Source: a bacterium
Lineage (GTDB): Bacteria > Hinthialibacterota > Hinthialibacteria > Hinthialibacterales > Hinthialibacteraceae
Length of the DNA: 64,000 bases
Reading direction: 5' to 3'
NCBI GenBank assembly: GCA_963662285.2
Contig: CAXXMV010000006.1
Coordinates: 320,001 to 384,000, forward strand
Each line of letters begins with the position of its first letter. The first letter of the stretch is position 1. The position numbers and the translations under genes are program-made. Of this stretch, positions 38,970 through 49,279 are shown one piece after another. Below the pieces are notes generated by a model. The model saw nothing but the letters and a program-made list of their open reading frames with translations. It made no database searches and was not told the DNA's origin.

Positions 38970-39487
38970 TCAGGAGCGGGAATGGGTTTATGTGTATGCA
39001 AAAAAATTGTTGAACAACGTGGGGGTTGGATCTGGATAGAATCAGAAATCGGTAAAGGAACAAAATTCTTTTTCACAGTTCCAAATATTATAGATACAAT
39101 ACTAAGGAAGGAAATCAATAAAATTAAGCAAGCAAATTGATCCTGGTTGTTATTTTAATCACATCTGATGCAGTTGAAGATATTTTAAAAACGTACGGAT
39201 TGGGCGCGAATTACTATGTCGCCAAGCCAATCGGTCTTGAAGAATTTAACAAGATTATTCATTTGATCAAGGATTTTTGGTTTTGTGATGTAAAACTGCC
39301 AAGCAGGTGAAATGATTATGGGTGGCAAGCCCACCAAAGTCTTAATCGTCGAAGACGATCTCGGAGACGCTTTTTTATTCAAGAACTATTTTTGGATACG
39401 AATAGACCAGACAATAAGATAGTGTTCATGCACGTCGATTGCCTAGCCTCCACATTGAATCGATTGGCTGCGGAGTCATTCAATTAG
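38970..39487 (+). pseudogene. Decayed kinase / Rcp1-like receiver / receiver remnants
   Basis: [35 protein letters not shown] (HATPase end); VVILITSDAVEDILKTYGLGANYYVAKP...KDFW (Rcp1-like C-half); frameshifted KVLIVEDDLGDA...HVDCLASTLNRLAAESF. Confidence 0.8.
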
Positions 39488-39500
39488 AAAGAATCAGGCT

Positions 39501-40592
39501 ATGGAACAAGAATCTAACAATATTATATCAGATAATTCCGAGCAATCCGCTTCCTCGAAAATCCGGGAAAATTTTTCGATGGAAGATATTCAGAAATTGC
39601 TCGTGGATATAGGTTCAACGGTTTCGTCATATAAGGCGGAACAAATCGGCATTGATCCGGAAAATATGGTGAAGACGATACGCGGGGGTCGCGTCGTTTG
39701 GATTACGGTCGATGAGATGAATGCCGTACTTGCCAAACAGAGAAGGTTAACTTCATCCAAGCAAGCCCAGCGATGCATTCGCGGTGAAAACAGTCTCTCC
39801 AATGAAATTTCTCGCAGGATCGATGAGTGCCAGTCCATAATCAATACTATTCGAAAAATCTCGCCAGAAGACAGCCCTGAATTTACCCGGTCAATGCGGA
39901 CGCTTGAATCATTACAAAACCTATCCATAAGTCACGCTCGTGAAGTGCGTGTGCTGGAAGCGGCGATTCAGCGGAAAAAACACGAAGATCCTCTTCTTAA
40001 GGAAATGGATAAAGCCACTGAAGAAATGATGTCCGCCTTAAAAGAAAACGAACATGCGGAGGTAGATGTCTGTCAGTCTTTTTGTGATCGTCACATGGAT
40101 GAATATCTCGCTCGGCAAAAGCGGCTCGATCCGTACATTAAAAAAGCCAAAGAGTACCGCTTGTCATTTTTGCTCAGCAAACAGCAGCTTTTCCAATTAC
40201 AATTTGACTTGATTGAAAATGGAGAACGGGCGCTTACCAAGCATATCGAAGAAATTGTGTATTACGACAAAGAGGCTTTGTATACTGATCAACTGGTTAA
40301 AAATTCCAATGAAATAAGGTCTATACTTGAAGAAAGCCATCCTTTTTTTGATCAATTGTCTGCTTTTTCTCCGGAAGAACTGGAAGATCTAAAGGATCGT
40401 TTTATTAAAGCTGACAAAAATCATTTAAATCCCCTTTTTAACAAGATGCTCTGTTATATCGATTTATTCAGTGTTGCATGGAAGGTGATTATTCAAAAGA
40501 AAATGGAACCTTCTTCTAAAATTACACCAGATGATAAGAAGCCAAAAGATACCAAACGGATGATATATGGGGAAAGACACGAGAAAAGTTGA
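39501..40592 (+). CDS. Hypothetical helical/coiled-coil protein
   Basis: 363-aa ORF at the head of the operon; no recognised motif. Confidence 0.7.
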   Translation: MEQESNNIISDNSEQSASSKIRENFSMEDIQKLLVDIGSTVSSYKAEQIGIDPENMVKTIRGGRVVWITVDEMNAVLAKQRRLTSSKQAQRCIRGENSLSNEISRRIDECQSIINTIRKISPEDSPEFTRSMRTLESLQNLSISHAREVRVLEAAIQRKKHEDPLLKEMDKATEEMMSALKENEHAEVDVCQSFCDRHMDEYLARQKRLDPYIKKAKEYRLSFLLSKQQLFQLQFDLIENGERALTKHIEEIVYYDKEALYTDQLVKNSNEIRSILEESHPFFDQLSAFSPEELEDLKDRFIKADKNHLNPLFNKMLCYIDLFSVAWKVIIQKKMEPSSKITPDDKKPKDTKRMIYGERHEKS

Positions 40593-40605
40593 AGGTGTTA
40601 AATCC

Positions 40606-42348
40606 ATGAAAACTCCAATCAAGGATATACAGGCTTCCATACCCTATGCAGAAATCATTCAGGGATTGAGCCATGGCGCTGAAACTTTATTGAAAGACTT
40701 GAAAGCCGTGCCAAAATCTAATATACAATCGTATTATATCGAAATAGAAAATATTCTTCAATTTTTGGAAACTTTGAGCTTTATTCAAGAGACCATGTCG
40801 AGTGAGCGGCTTCAGGATACGCTTCACAATACTGTTCATTCAATTCATAAAGATGTACATAATATTCCCAAAAATATTCTAACGCAGCTACCACGAGTTT
40901 CCTTGGATAATCAATCAGGCATCCCCAACTTCCTTGTGCAATCCATTCACATGCTCGGACCTTATATTCGCATCGGCAAGAACGAAATGTCGGCATGGGT
41001 TCGGTTGGACTCAGAAGAAGTAGTTTATTATACGCCAGACATACTGGTTGAATGTTTAAGAAATTTTGGTGTGATCAAAGGTTTACTAGAGGATAAGGTC
41101 AGGGATATTTTTGAAAGCAAAAAATATGACGAAGAAGTATGTATTGCAAAAGGCATTGCACCAGAAATGGGCGAAGATGGTCGCATCGAATATACTGTGG
41201 ATATTGATGACCTCGGACAAACGCCTAAAAGATTAAGTTCTCATAAAGTATCATTTAAGGATATCAAACTTTACGAATATGTTGCCGAAGGAAATGTGAT
41301 AGCCAATAAAATACCCCCAAAGCCCGGAAAACCGGGATTCACAGTTACTAACCGAACAATTGCTCCAATCGAAGCGCAAAAAGCCGAATTTCCCGAAATG
41401 GATTTTACAAAAAAATCTGATGATGACAACCATTTACTTGTTACGGAGGATTGTTGTATTAAGAAAATAAATGGGATTATATATTTGGAACCATCATTAC
41501 ACGTTCCAGAAAGCATCTCGTATAAAACCGGTAATGTATCATCAAAAGTGGCAGTGGTTGTTGAGAAAGATGTGCTAACAGGATTTGATTTACATTCGGA
41601 AAAAAGCATTCAAGTCGGTGGAATTGTGGAAGGCGCAAAAATCGAAGCGAAAGGAAATGTCATTATCCGTGGTGGAATCCAGGGAAAAGAGAAGGCGGTA
41701 ATCGATTCTAATGCGGATATCACGGCCAGGTTTATTTCTAATGCTACAACCAACTCATTAGGGAACACGGTTGTCGAATCGGAGATAGTCAACAGCAAGG
41801 TATGGGCTGGAGGACAAGTTTTTGTTACAGGACATCCAGGGAACATTGTAGGCGGTGAGATTAACGCAGATTCAGATGTTGTAGCAAACAGTATTGGCTC
41901 GGAATTATGGATAAAAACTATTATTCGAATCGGCGGCAGGGCGCAAGATTTGACCACCATGATTCGGGAAACACAGGATAAAATCACCAGTCAGGAAGAA
42001 GCTGTCGATAAATGCAACCAGATTATTGATGCTTTGCGAATGCGAGAATCCCAATCTCCGCTTCCCAACAAGGATGTGAAGAAATCCAAACTGCAAGCGG
42101 AAGAAATGCTTTCACAAGCCAAGCAAAATCTGGAAGAACTGTTTTTTGAAAACGATAGCCTTCAAAAACAATATGAGGATAGTCTGCAAAAATCTCGTAC
42201 AGTCCGCGCTAAAGTTACGATTTATCCGGGCACGGTCATTAAAATTCAGGATGTGGAATTAACGGTGAATAATTCTACGGGACCAGTCATGTTTCTGAAA
42301 CAGGGCGCTGAAATCATCCAATTGCCCTATCAAGCAATCCAAAAGTAA
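40606..42348 (+). CDS. FapA-family (DUF342) protein
   Basis: GEDGRIEY, KIPPKPGKPGFTV, ISYKTGNV, VEGAKIEAKGNVIIRGGIQG beta-solenoid, coiled coil, IYPGTVI; AAGGTG before ATG 40606. Confidence 0.85.
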   Translation: MKTPIKDIQASIPYAEIIQGLSHGAETLLKDLKAVPKSNIQSYYIEIENILQFLETLSFIQETMSSERLQDTLHNTVHSIHKDVHNIPKNILTQLPRVSLDNQSGIPNFLVQSIHMLGPYIRIGKNEMSAWVRLDSEEVVYYTPDILVECLRNFGVIKGLLEDKVRDIFESKKYDEEVCIAKGIAPEMGEDGRIEYTVDIDDLGQTPKRLSSHKVSFKDIKLYEYVAEGNVIANKIPPKPGKPGFTVTNRTIAPIEAQKAEFPEMDFTKKSDDDNHLLVTEDCCIKKINGIIYLEPSLHVPESISYKTGNVSSKVAVVVEKDVLTGFDLHSEKSIQVGGIVEGAKIEAKGNVIIRGGIQGKEKAVIDSNADITARFISNATTNSLGNTVVESEIVNSKVWAGGQVFVTGHPGNIVGGEINADSDVVANSIGSELWIKTIIRIGGRAQDLTTMIRETQDKITSQEEAVDKCNQIIDALRMRESQSPLPNKDVKKSKLQAEEMLSQAKQNLEELFFENDSLQKQYEDSLQKSRTVRAKVTIYPGTVIKIQDVELTVNNSTGPVMFLKQGAEIIQLPYQAIQK

Positions 42349-42365
42349 GAGAGCGTTAGAAGAAA

Positions 42366-44141
42366 ATGGTGAAAAAGATACCGGAAAATCATTCTATCGC
42401 AAAAACACTGCAGGAAGAAACTTATGTAGTTGATACGGCGATACAGGATTATCAGGAAGATGTGCGTCTCGCTGAAAAAGAACGCTTGCAAACCAACCAA
42501 AAAAGGGGGCAGTTACTCCAATCTTTACGGGATTCAATGAAACAAGCAGGCCGTGCAACTAATGTTCTCGAAGGAATGCAGCAGGAATTTACTCGCATTA
42601 TCCAGGAAGGATCACCTCAAGAGATAGAACAAACAATCAAACAATACCAGAAACAGATCAGCAGTTTGCAATCCAAGGCTTTGGTGTCAAGTAAAACCGG
42701 TACAGTCATCCGTCAATTTTTCGATCGCGCCAAAGTGTTTCTCGAAAAAAAGAGGATGTTGGCAAAAGTGGAAAATACAATCAATTCTTTTGTCGTTACA
42801 GACCTGGGAAAAACCAACGCTGATTCCACATTGACAAAACTAACTCAGATTACTTCCTCTATTCGCTCTGATCTCCTATCACTCACTGACACGATAATCG
42901 ATCAGATTGAAATGATGGAAGATCAAATTTTAATAGAGATGAATGAAGAAGAAAAGAAACGTTCGTTATTCTATGCTTGCTTATCGTCTTTCGATGATCA
43001 AAAAAAAGGAAAATTAATCTTACTCTGTCAGAAAAAAATTCAAGGTTCAAGTTTTGAAAACCGGTTGCATTTCTTTAAAACGCTTGTCGAACAGTTAGCG
43101 AAGACCGATACGCGTGCAGCGAGAAAAGTGCATTCGCATATTAGAAAAGCAGCACGTTCTCTTTTGAGGGAAGGACAATACAAAAAGGCTGTTTCTGAAC
43201 TATGCTATGCTTTGCACCTCTGGAAAGACGATGTGTATACCTATCGTCTTTTAGCCGATGTGTTTTTCCGTTTGCAGGAAGAGAAAAATGCGTACGTCGC
43301 CTTGGGAGAAGTTCTCCGGCTTTGTCCTGAAGATGACCGTCTGCGAAGGAGAATGGCCGAATATTGGGTGAAAAAAAAATCTTTGCCTAAAGCTATTCAC
43401 GAATATCAAATATTGTTGGAACATCTTCCGGGAAATCTGTCCTTCCGGCGTGAATTAGGGCGTATTTTGTATGATAATAAGTCCTTCAACCAGGTTCCCG
43501 AAGTATTACTGGCCTATGTGCAGACGATGCCGGAAGACCGGGAATGTCTTACATATATTGGAAATTCGTATATTCACCTGAAAGAATGGGAACATGCTAT
43601 TTTATATCTTCAAAGATCGATTGCACTTAATTCCTCCCAACCCGAAACCTTCCAGGTTCTTTCCATAGCATACCGTAAACTTGAACTCTACGAACAAGCA
43701 ATCCAGATTTTAAAAGCGGGTATCAAATTCAATCCCGATTCATTATTACTAAAAATACTGCTCGGGACGCTCTTCCTGGAGTGTGAAATGTGGGATCGGG
43801 TTCTTGCGGTTCTTCAACCTGTTTTTGATGTGCATCCAGATTCCCCGGTTTTGTTGAAAACTATGGGACAAGCTCATCTCTCTCTTGGACATATTGATGA
43901 AGCGCTTTCTTTGTTGACGCAAGCCAACAAATACAAACAAGACGATCCGGCAACATTTGTTGTTCTGGCCCAGGCCTATCGTAAAAAAGGAGATAGTACA
44001 AATACTGTACTTTTCTATGAAAAAGCAATCCAGTTCAATCAAAATGAGACAAGTTTGCTTCAGGAATTAGCGGGCTATTACGCAGAATGCGGGCAATGGC
44101 AACAAGCCACGGAAACACTTAAAAAAACAAAAAAAGAATAA
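42366..44141 (+). CDS. Coiled-coil plus tetratricopeptide-repeat protein
   Basis: About 34-aa helical repeats in the C-terminal half (e.g. LAQAYRKKGD...YEKAIQFN). Confidence 0.85.
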   Translation: MVKKIPENHSIAKTLQEETYVVDTAIQDYQEDVRLAEKERLQTNQKRGQLLQSLRDSMKQAGRATNVLEGMQQEFTRIIQEGSPQEIEQTIKQYQKQISSLQSKALVSSKTGTVIRQFFDRAKVFLEKKRMLAKVENTINSFVVTDLGKTNADSTLTKLTQITSSIRSDLLSLTDTIIDQIEMMEDQILIEMNEEEKKRSLFYACLSSFDDQKKGKLILLCQKKIQGSSFENRLHFFKTLVEQLAKTDTRAARKVHSHIRKAARSLLREGQYKKAVSELCYALHLWKDDVYTYRLLADVFFRLQEEKNAYVALGEVLRLCPEDDRLRRRMAEYWVKKKSLPKAIHEYQILLEHLPGNLSFRRELGRILYDNKSFNQVPEVLLAYVQTMPEDRECLTYIGNSYIHLKEWEHAILYLQRSIALNSSQPETFQVLSIAYRKLELYEQAIQILKAGIKFNPDSLLLKILLGTLFLECEMWDRVLAVLQPVFDVHPDSPVLLKTMGQAHLSLGHIDEALSLLTQANKYKQDDPATFVVLAQAYRKKGDSTNTVLFYEKAIQFNQNETSLLQELAGYYAECGQWQQATETLKKTKKE

Positions 44142-44179
44142 TATAGATCGGTGCTTTAGCACACTCTATGAGGTGAAAC

Positions 44180-45571
44180 ATGAATACGTATTCCATACTC
44201 ATCGTAGATGATGACCCACTTGTTCGCAAGTTGCTGAAGAGAATTTCTCAGGACCTACATTGGATGGTGGAAGAAGCGGCAAGTGGTCAGGAGGCAATAG
44301 AAAAATTGCATAATGCCGTTTTTCAAATATACGTCATTGATGTAAAGATGCCCGGCCCGTCTGGCTTGGAATTGGCAAAAATTATTTTACAGAAAGATCC
44401 AAAGGCCGCCATATTAATATTAACCGGGTATGCCGAAATCAATCAAGCCGTAGATGCCATCAAGAAAGGCGTTTTTGATTATATACAAAAAGATAATATA
44501 GAGAACGAAAAGTTAAAACGCATTCTACAGCGGGCTGCTGAATTTCATGATAATCGAATCACTCAAATTCAGGCGCAACATGAACGGGAGCAATCATTAA
44601 AAAATACGGAAAAATCCAATCAGGAATTTCAAGCCATCCTTGAATTGAGCACGGATTTGATTTTCATTGTGAATGCGAAATCGGGAGAATTTACGGATTG
44701 CAACAAAACCGCCTGCGACACTTTGGGATACAGCCGGACCGAACTTACCTCGCTTAGACTGAATGATATAATCTCTGATTTTCAGGGAGTCGATTGGAAA
44801 CCGGTTTTCCAATTGATACGAAATCAACCCAAAAATGTCATTGAAAAACAGATTATTTGTAAATCAAAACAACGATTTCTGGCTGATTTAACATATGCGT
44901 ATGTGTGTCTGGATACCGGAGAATATCTTGCGGTTATTGCGCGCGATATAACAGAGAGAAAACAAGCCGAAAAAGAAATTGATAATCAGCGCATCAAGGT
45001 AGAAAGTCAGTCGGCTATTCTTGAAACCATCATTGAGAGCATAGATGAGGGGATTTTGATGGCGGACTTAAATGGCGTCATTACTGAAGTTAACAGTTGG
45101 TTTTTGGATTTAGCTCAAACACCCAAAGAATTTGTCATGAATCAAAATATAGGGAAAATTATCCAACTGATCATAGGATGCGAAATCTCGAATCTACTCA
45201 ACGATTATAAAAGCGGCATACATAAAGAAAAAAAATGTCTATATACAGATGTATCGGATAGCCGCTTTATGCTAACGACCCAGCCTATTTATAAACAAGA
45301 AGAATATCAAGGCGTAATTATAAACATCGTTGATGTTTCTGATCTGATATCCAAACAAAAATACGAGGAAAAAGAAATACAATACCATCGTGATTTTCTT
45401 TCCAATGCGGCAAAAGATTTACGAACGCCACTTGAAGGGATCGTGGCCATTTCTGCCCAACTCGCAGAAACATCGCTAGATGCGTCTCAACAGTTACTGC
45501 TGGAAATGATAAAAGAATTCGCCCGTTCTCTCTCTAATTTATTAGAGAGTTGCAGCATCGAAACCAAATAA
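44180..45571 (+). CDS. REC-PAS-PAS-degenerate HisKA protein (no phospho-His, no HATPase)
   Basis: ILIVDDD, IDVKMPG, RDITERK; the H-box reads FLSNAAKDLRTPL and the protein ends after the DHp helices. Confidence 0.85.
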   Translation: MNTYSILIVDDDPLVRKLLKRISQDLHWMVEEAASGQEAIEKLHNAVFQIYVIDVKMPGPSGLELAKIILQKDPKAAILILTGYAEINQAVDAIKKGVFDYIQKDNIENEKLKRILQRAAEFHDNRITQIQAQHEREQSLKNTEKSNQEFQAILELSTDLIFIVNAKSGEFTDCNKTACDTLGYSRTELTSLRLNDIISDFQGVDWKPVFQLIRNQPKNVIEKQIICKSKQRFLADLTYAYVCLDTGEYLAVIARDITERKQAEKEIDNQRIKVESQSAILETIIESIDEGILMADLNGVITEVNSWFLDLAQTPKEFVMNQNIGKIIQLIIGCEISNLLNDYKSGIHKEKKCLYTDVSDSRFMLTTQPIYKQEEYQGVIINIVDVSDLISKQKYEEKEIQYHRDFLSNAAKDLRTPLEGIVAISAQLAETSLDASQQLLLEMIKEFARSLSNLLESCSIETK

Positions 45572-45649
45572 TCGAAGCATTGCGAGATGAATCCATGAAT
45601 TTGAGCGACGATATGATTTTTGTACTTAACGCCAGAAATGGGGAAAATT

Positions 45650-48600
45650 ATGGATTGTAAAGCAGCGGCTTGTGACCGATTGGGGTACTCCCGTCAACCA
45701 TTTTTTCAAGTTCACAATAACTGCCTTAAATGGATGTTACTTATTTTAAGCATTCTATTTGAATTTACTACATTATCATTCTCACAGTCGCCGCCGCACT
45801 GGCGCTATTGGAGAACCGAAGACGGTCTTTGGGAAGCAGTTACGGAGCAAGCCAAAATGGGAAAAGGGGGGAAATTATGGATTACTCATGGAGCTGTTGA
45901 AAATATGAGTATCTTTGATGGATATGCGTTTGAATATATTCCAAGTCCCGCTCACACTGTCCCCGTGTATGAATGCGAATCAGGACAAATTTGGTCGTAT
46001 TTTTATGATGCGGATTCATCAACGGGAGGTCTTCAACAGTTTATCGAGGGCGAATGGATTCGCTACCCGATTGATAAAATTCATTCTCAAGCAAATTCCT
46101 TTTACCCACTCGGTGAGAATCGAGTTTTGTGTTTAGTATCGAGCGGGGTTGTTCTGTTTGACGCGATAAAAAACCAAACTACTGTCGTTAAAAACGAGAA
46201 AAATTCGAGTCTCGGACAGTTTGAAAATTTGGCGCCTGCCCTGGATGGAAGCGTTTGGATTTCTTGTCAGAGAGGATTGGCAAGATTTAAGGGACTTGAT
46301 TCCAGAGATAGCGCTTCTTTCACTTGGGATGAATACTACTATGGCGGCGATCTTGACATTGATTTTCTACGTAATCTTGTAGTGGGTGAGAATGGCGAAG
46401 TCTTCGGTCGCGCCCACTCAAAACTGAGCCAGAAATGGGTTTTAGTGTCCTTCGACGGTCAAACGTGGAAAACCCGATACACATCAGATGAATATTTAAA
46501 TTGTGGGTGGCCGGGAACGGAGGATTCGTTTTGGATCCTCAATGACTCGAAAAAACTACAGCGGATTGAAAATAATCGTTCAACAATGATCGAGAACAAA
46601 CAATCTTTGCAAGGGCAAATAAGGACGGTTTCTTTGGAGAAAAATGGGTGCTTTTGGTTAACGACAACTCTTGGTTTAGTGCGATATGCGCCTTCTGCTT
46701 GGAGATGCCCAGGGGATTCTCCTTCAATCGGCAATATTTTGATTCATAGAATACTTGAAGATAATAAAGGACGCCTCTGGTTAATAGGTCAAAATTCTCT
46801 ACTGCTATATCATAATAATCAATACATAGTATTCTCTCTACCGGCAAACTCCATAGCATTCAATACGGTGGGTCTCTGTTCATTGCCTGATGGGCGAGTC
46901 GTCTACGAAAATTCAAAGGATAAAGTGCTTTGTACGTTTAATCCCGAAACGGAATCATTTGATGAAATTCGTCATCCCGAAGGACGTAGCATAGAATTCG
47001 TCACGCAGAGCCGTGATGGAATGATTTGGGTGGAAACTTCAACAGGCGATCGTAAAAATTGTATTCTTGAAACCTATGATGGCGCCGTTTTCGAATTCAA
47101 GCACATTTTGGGATCGGGTTGGGATGGTGTTAGTTTACGCGATCTTCATGAAGATAAGAATGGCGACCTTTGGATTATGGGATGGGGTGGGGATGGCGTT
47201 GGTGTGTTCAAAAACGGGAAATACTGCTCCTTTGGCCGTAAGGATGGATTGCCTGATTCCGTATGGCTTTCAATTATTGAATTGGATAACGGAAATATCT
47301 GGATCGGAGGCCGGAAATCGATTTTTGAATACGATGGACGTTCTTGGACCGAAATTCGTTCGGGATTCGAGAATGTACGATCTATGATTAAGAGCCGGGA
47401 TGGAAGCGTATGGGCGGCCACACAGAATGGATTGTATCGATACCACCTGGAAAACTGGATCGCAATCACTATGGATGAGGGATTGCCGAGCGACATTGTC
47501 TATGAAGTTTATGAGGATAGTAAAGGAGATATTTGGGTGGGCACAACATCTAGTTTCTGCCGTTATTATCCAAAGGCGGATCCAGATCCCCCTGAAACCT
47601 ATATTTCCTCATCTAGAAACTCAAAAACGATTTCGCCGGGGGGAGATGTAACTTTCAATTACGAGGGGATTGATAAATGGAAATACACGCCTAAAAGCAG
47701 ATTGTTATATTCCCATAGGTTTGATGGTAGAGAATGGTCGAAATATGGAAGAGACACTGTGGTTTCTGCAACAGGATTTAATTCGGGAACCCATAGTTTT
47801 GAAGTCCGTGCGATGGATCGTAATTGGAATGTGGACCCGACACCAGCCTCCTTCGAGTTTACTGTTCTATCGCCTTGGTACAAAGAGCCTCTATTTATCG
47901 TTTTTTTTATCGGCTCGATAATGCTTATATTAGCATCAATGGCCTATGCTATCCATCGCCACTTATGGCTTCATAAACTCGTCGAGCAGAGGACGCGTGA
48001 TCTAAAAGAAGAAATTAATACGCGGGAAAAACTGGAGAAACAATTTATCCAATCCCAAAAAATGGAAGCCATCGGCCAATTGGCTGGAGGAGTGGCGCAC
48101 GATTTCAACAATATTTTAATGGCGATTAACGGGAACAGCGACTTTATCTTAAACCATAAAAATCTTGACCCTTCGATTCGCGAAGATGTTGAAGAAATCA
48201 AAAAATCCGGCCAACGCGCCGCCGCATTGACCCGGCAACTCCTGGCGTTCAGCCGAAAACAAATTCTCAAACCGCAAAATGTGAATATGAATGAATTGAT
48301 TGAGAACATGATCAAAATGTTGTACCGCTTGATCGGAGAAGATGTGAGTTTGAGTTTTATTCCCTGCGAGACATTGGATCAAATCCATATCGATCCGGGC
48401 CAGATGGAACAAGTTATTATGAATTTGGCCGTTAATGCACGCGATGCAATGCTTAATGGAGGATCGCTCACAATAGAAACGAAAAATGTTGATCTGAATG
48501 TAGATTACGCTGCGGCCCATGACAGCGTTAACCCAGGTCCCCACGTTATGCTGGCGGTTAGCGACACAGGCCACGGGATGGATAATAAGACCCAACAGAG

Positions 48601-49180
48601 GATTTTCGATCCATTTTATACGACCAAAGAGCAAGGAAAAGGAACGGGATTGGGATTATCGACTGTGTACGGGATTGTCAAACAGTGTAACGGAAACATC
48701 TGGGTATACAGCGAAATAGGGAAAGGAACCACGTTCAAAATCTATTTTCCCAGCATCGGTCATACTACATCATCTGAATCCATCGAATCTACCGAGGAAC
48801 GCACTCTCCACGGGAAAGAAACGGTATTGATTGTTGAAGATGACGAAATGGTACGCAAGTTATCTTCCCGTGCGTTGAAGGAATTCGGCTACACGATTCT
48901 GGAAGCGAGAAATGGATTAAAAGCACTTGATCTATGTGATGAATATGAAGGCCGAATCGATCTCGTGTTGACCGATGTCATTATGCCGGAGATGGGCGGT
49001 CCCGAACTGGTTAAAAAACTATCAGAACAATATCCCCATATCAAGGTGGTTTATATGTCCGGTTACACAGACAATACCATCTCTCATCATGGCGTCCTTG
49101 AAGAAGGAATCGCATTTCTCAGCAAACCGGCCTCACCGGATGAACTAGGACAAAAAGTCCGGGATGTATTGGATGCTTAA
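45650..49180 (+). CDS. Hybrid sensor kinase: beta-propeller/Y_Y_Y sensor, HisKA, HATPase, REC
   Basis: WRYW...DG, RAMDRNWN, QKMEAIGQLAGGVAHDFNN, LTDVIMP. Start uncertain (45650 or 45734). Confidence 0.9.
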   Translation: MDCKAAACDRLGYSRQPFFQVHNNCLKWMLLILSILFEFTTLSFSQSPPHWRYWRTEDGLWEAVTEQAKMGKGGKLWITHGAVENMSIFDGYAFEYIPSPAHTVPVYECESGQIWSYFYDADSSTGGLQQFIEGEWIRYPIDKIHSQANSFYPLGENRVLCLVSSGVVLFDAIKNQTTVVKNEKNSSLGQFENLAPALDGSVWISCQRGLARFKGLDSRDSASFTWDEYYYGGDLDIDFLRNLVVGENGEVFGRAHSKLSQKWVLVSFDGQTWKTRYTSDEYLNCGWPGTEDSFWILNDSKKLQRIENNRSTMIENKQSLQGQIRTVSLEKNGCFWLTTTLGLVRYAPSAWRCPGDSPSIGNILIHRILEDNKGRLWLIGQNSLLLYHNNQYIVFSLPANSIAFNTVGLCSLPDGRVVYENSKDKVLCTFNPETESFDEIRHPEGRSIEFVTQSRDGMIWVETSTGDRKNCILETYDGAVFEFKHILGSGWDGVSLRDLHEDKNGDLWIMGWGGDGVGVFKNGKYCSFGRKDGLPDSVWLSIIELDNGNIWIGGRKSIFEYDGRSWTEIRSGFENVRSMIKSRDGSVWAATQNGLYRYHLENWIAITMDEGLPSDIVYEVYEDSKGDIWVGTTSSFCRYYPKADPDPPETYISSSRNSKTISPGGDVTFNYEGIDKWKYTPKSRLLYSHRFDGREWSKYGRDTVVSATGFNSGTHSFEVRAMDRNWNVDPTPASFEFTVLSPWYKEPLFIVFFIGSIMLILASMAYAIHRHLWLHKLVEQRTRDLKEEINTREKLEKQFIQSQKMEAIGQLAGGVAHDFNNILMAINGNSDFILNHKNLDPSIREDVEEIKKSGQRAAALTRQLLAFSRKQILKPQNVNMNELIENMIKMLYRLIGEDVSLSFIPCETLDQIHIDPGQMEQVIMNLAVNARDAMLNGGSLTIETKNVDLNVDYAAAHDSVNPGPHVMLAVSDTGHGMDNKTQQRIFDPFYTTKEQGKGTGLGLSTVYGIVKQCNGNIWVYSEIGKGTTFKIYFPSIGHTTSSESIESTEERTLHGKETVLIVEDDEMVRKLSSRALKEFGYTILEARNGLKALDLCDEYEGRIDLVLTDVIMPEMGGPELVKKLSEQYPHIKVVYMSGYTDNTISHHGVLEEGIAFLSKPASPDELGQKVRDVLDA

Positions 49181-49279
49181 GCATATCAATGTTTATATAT
49201 AGGGTCTTTTTTGAAAAGAATTGAACAAGGTACAACGGACTGTTGCGTTTTCTGTTTCATATGACAATAGCTGTCCACG

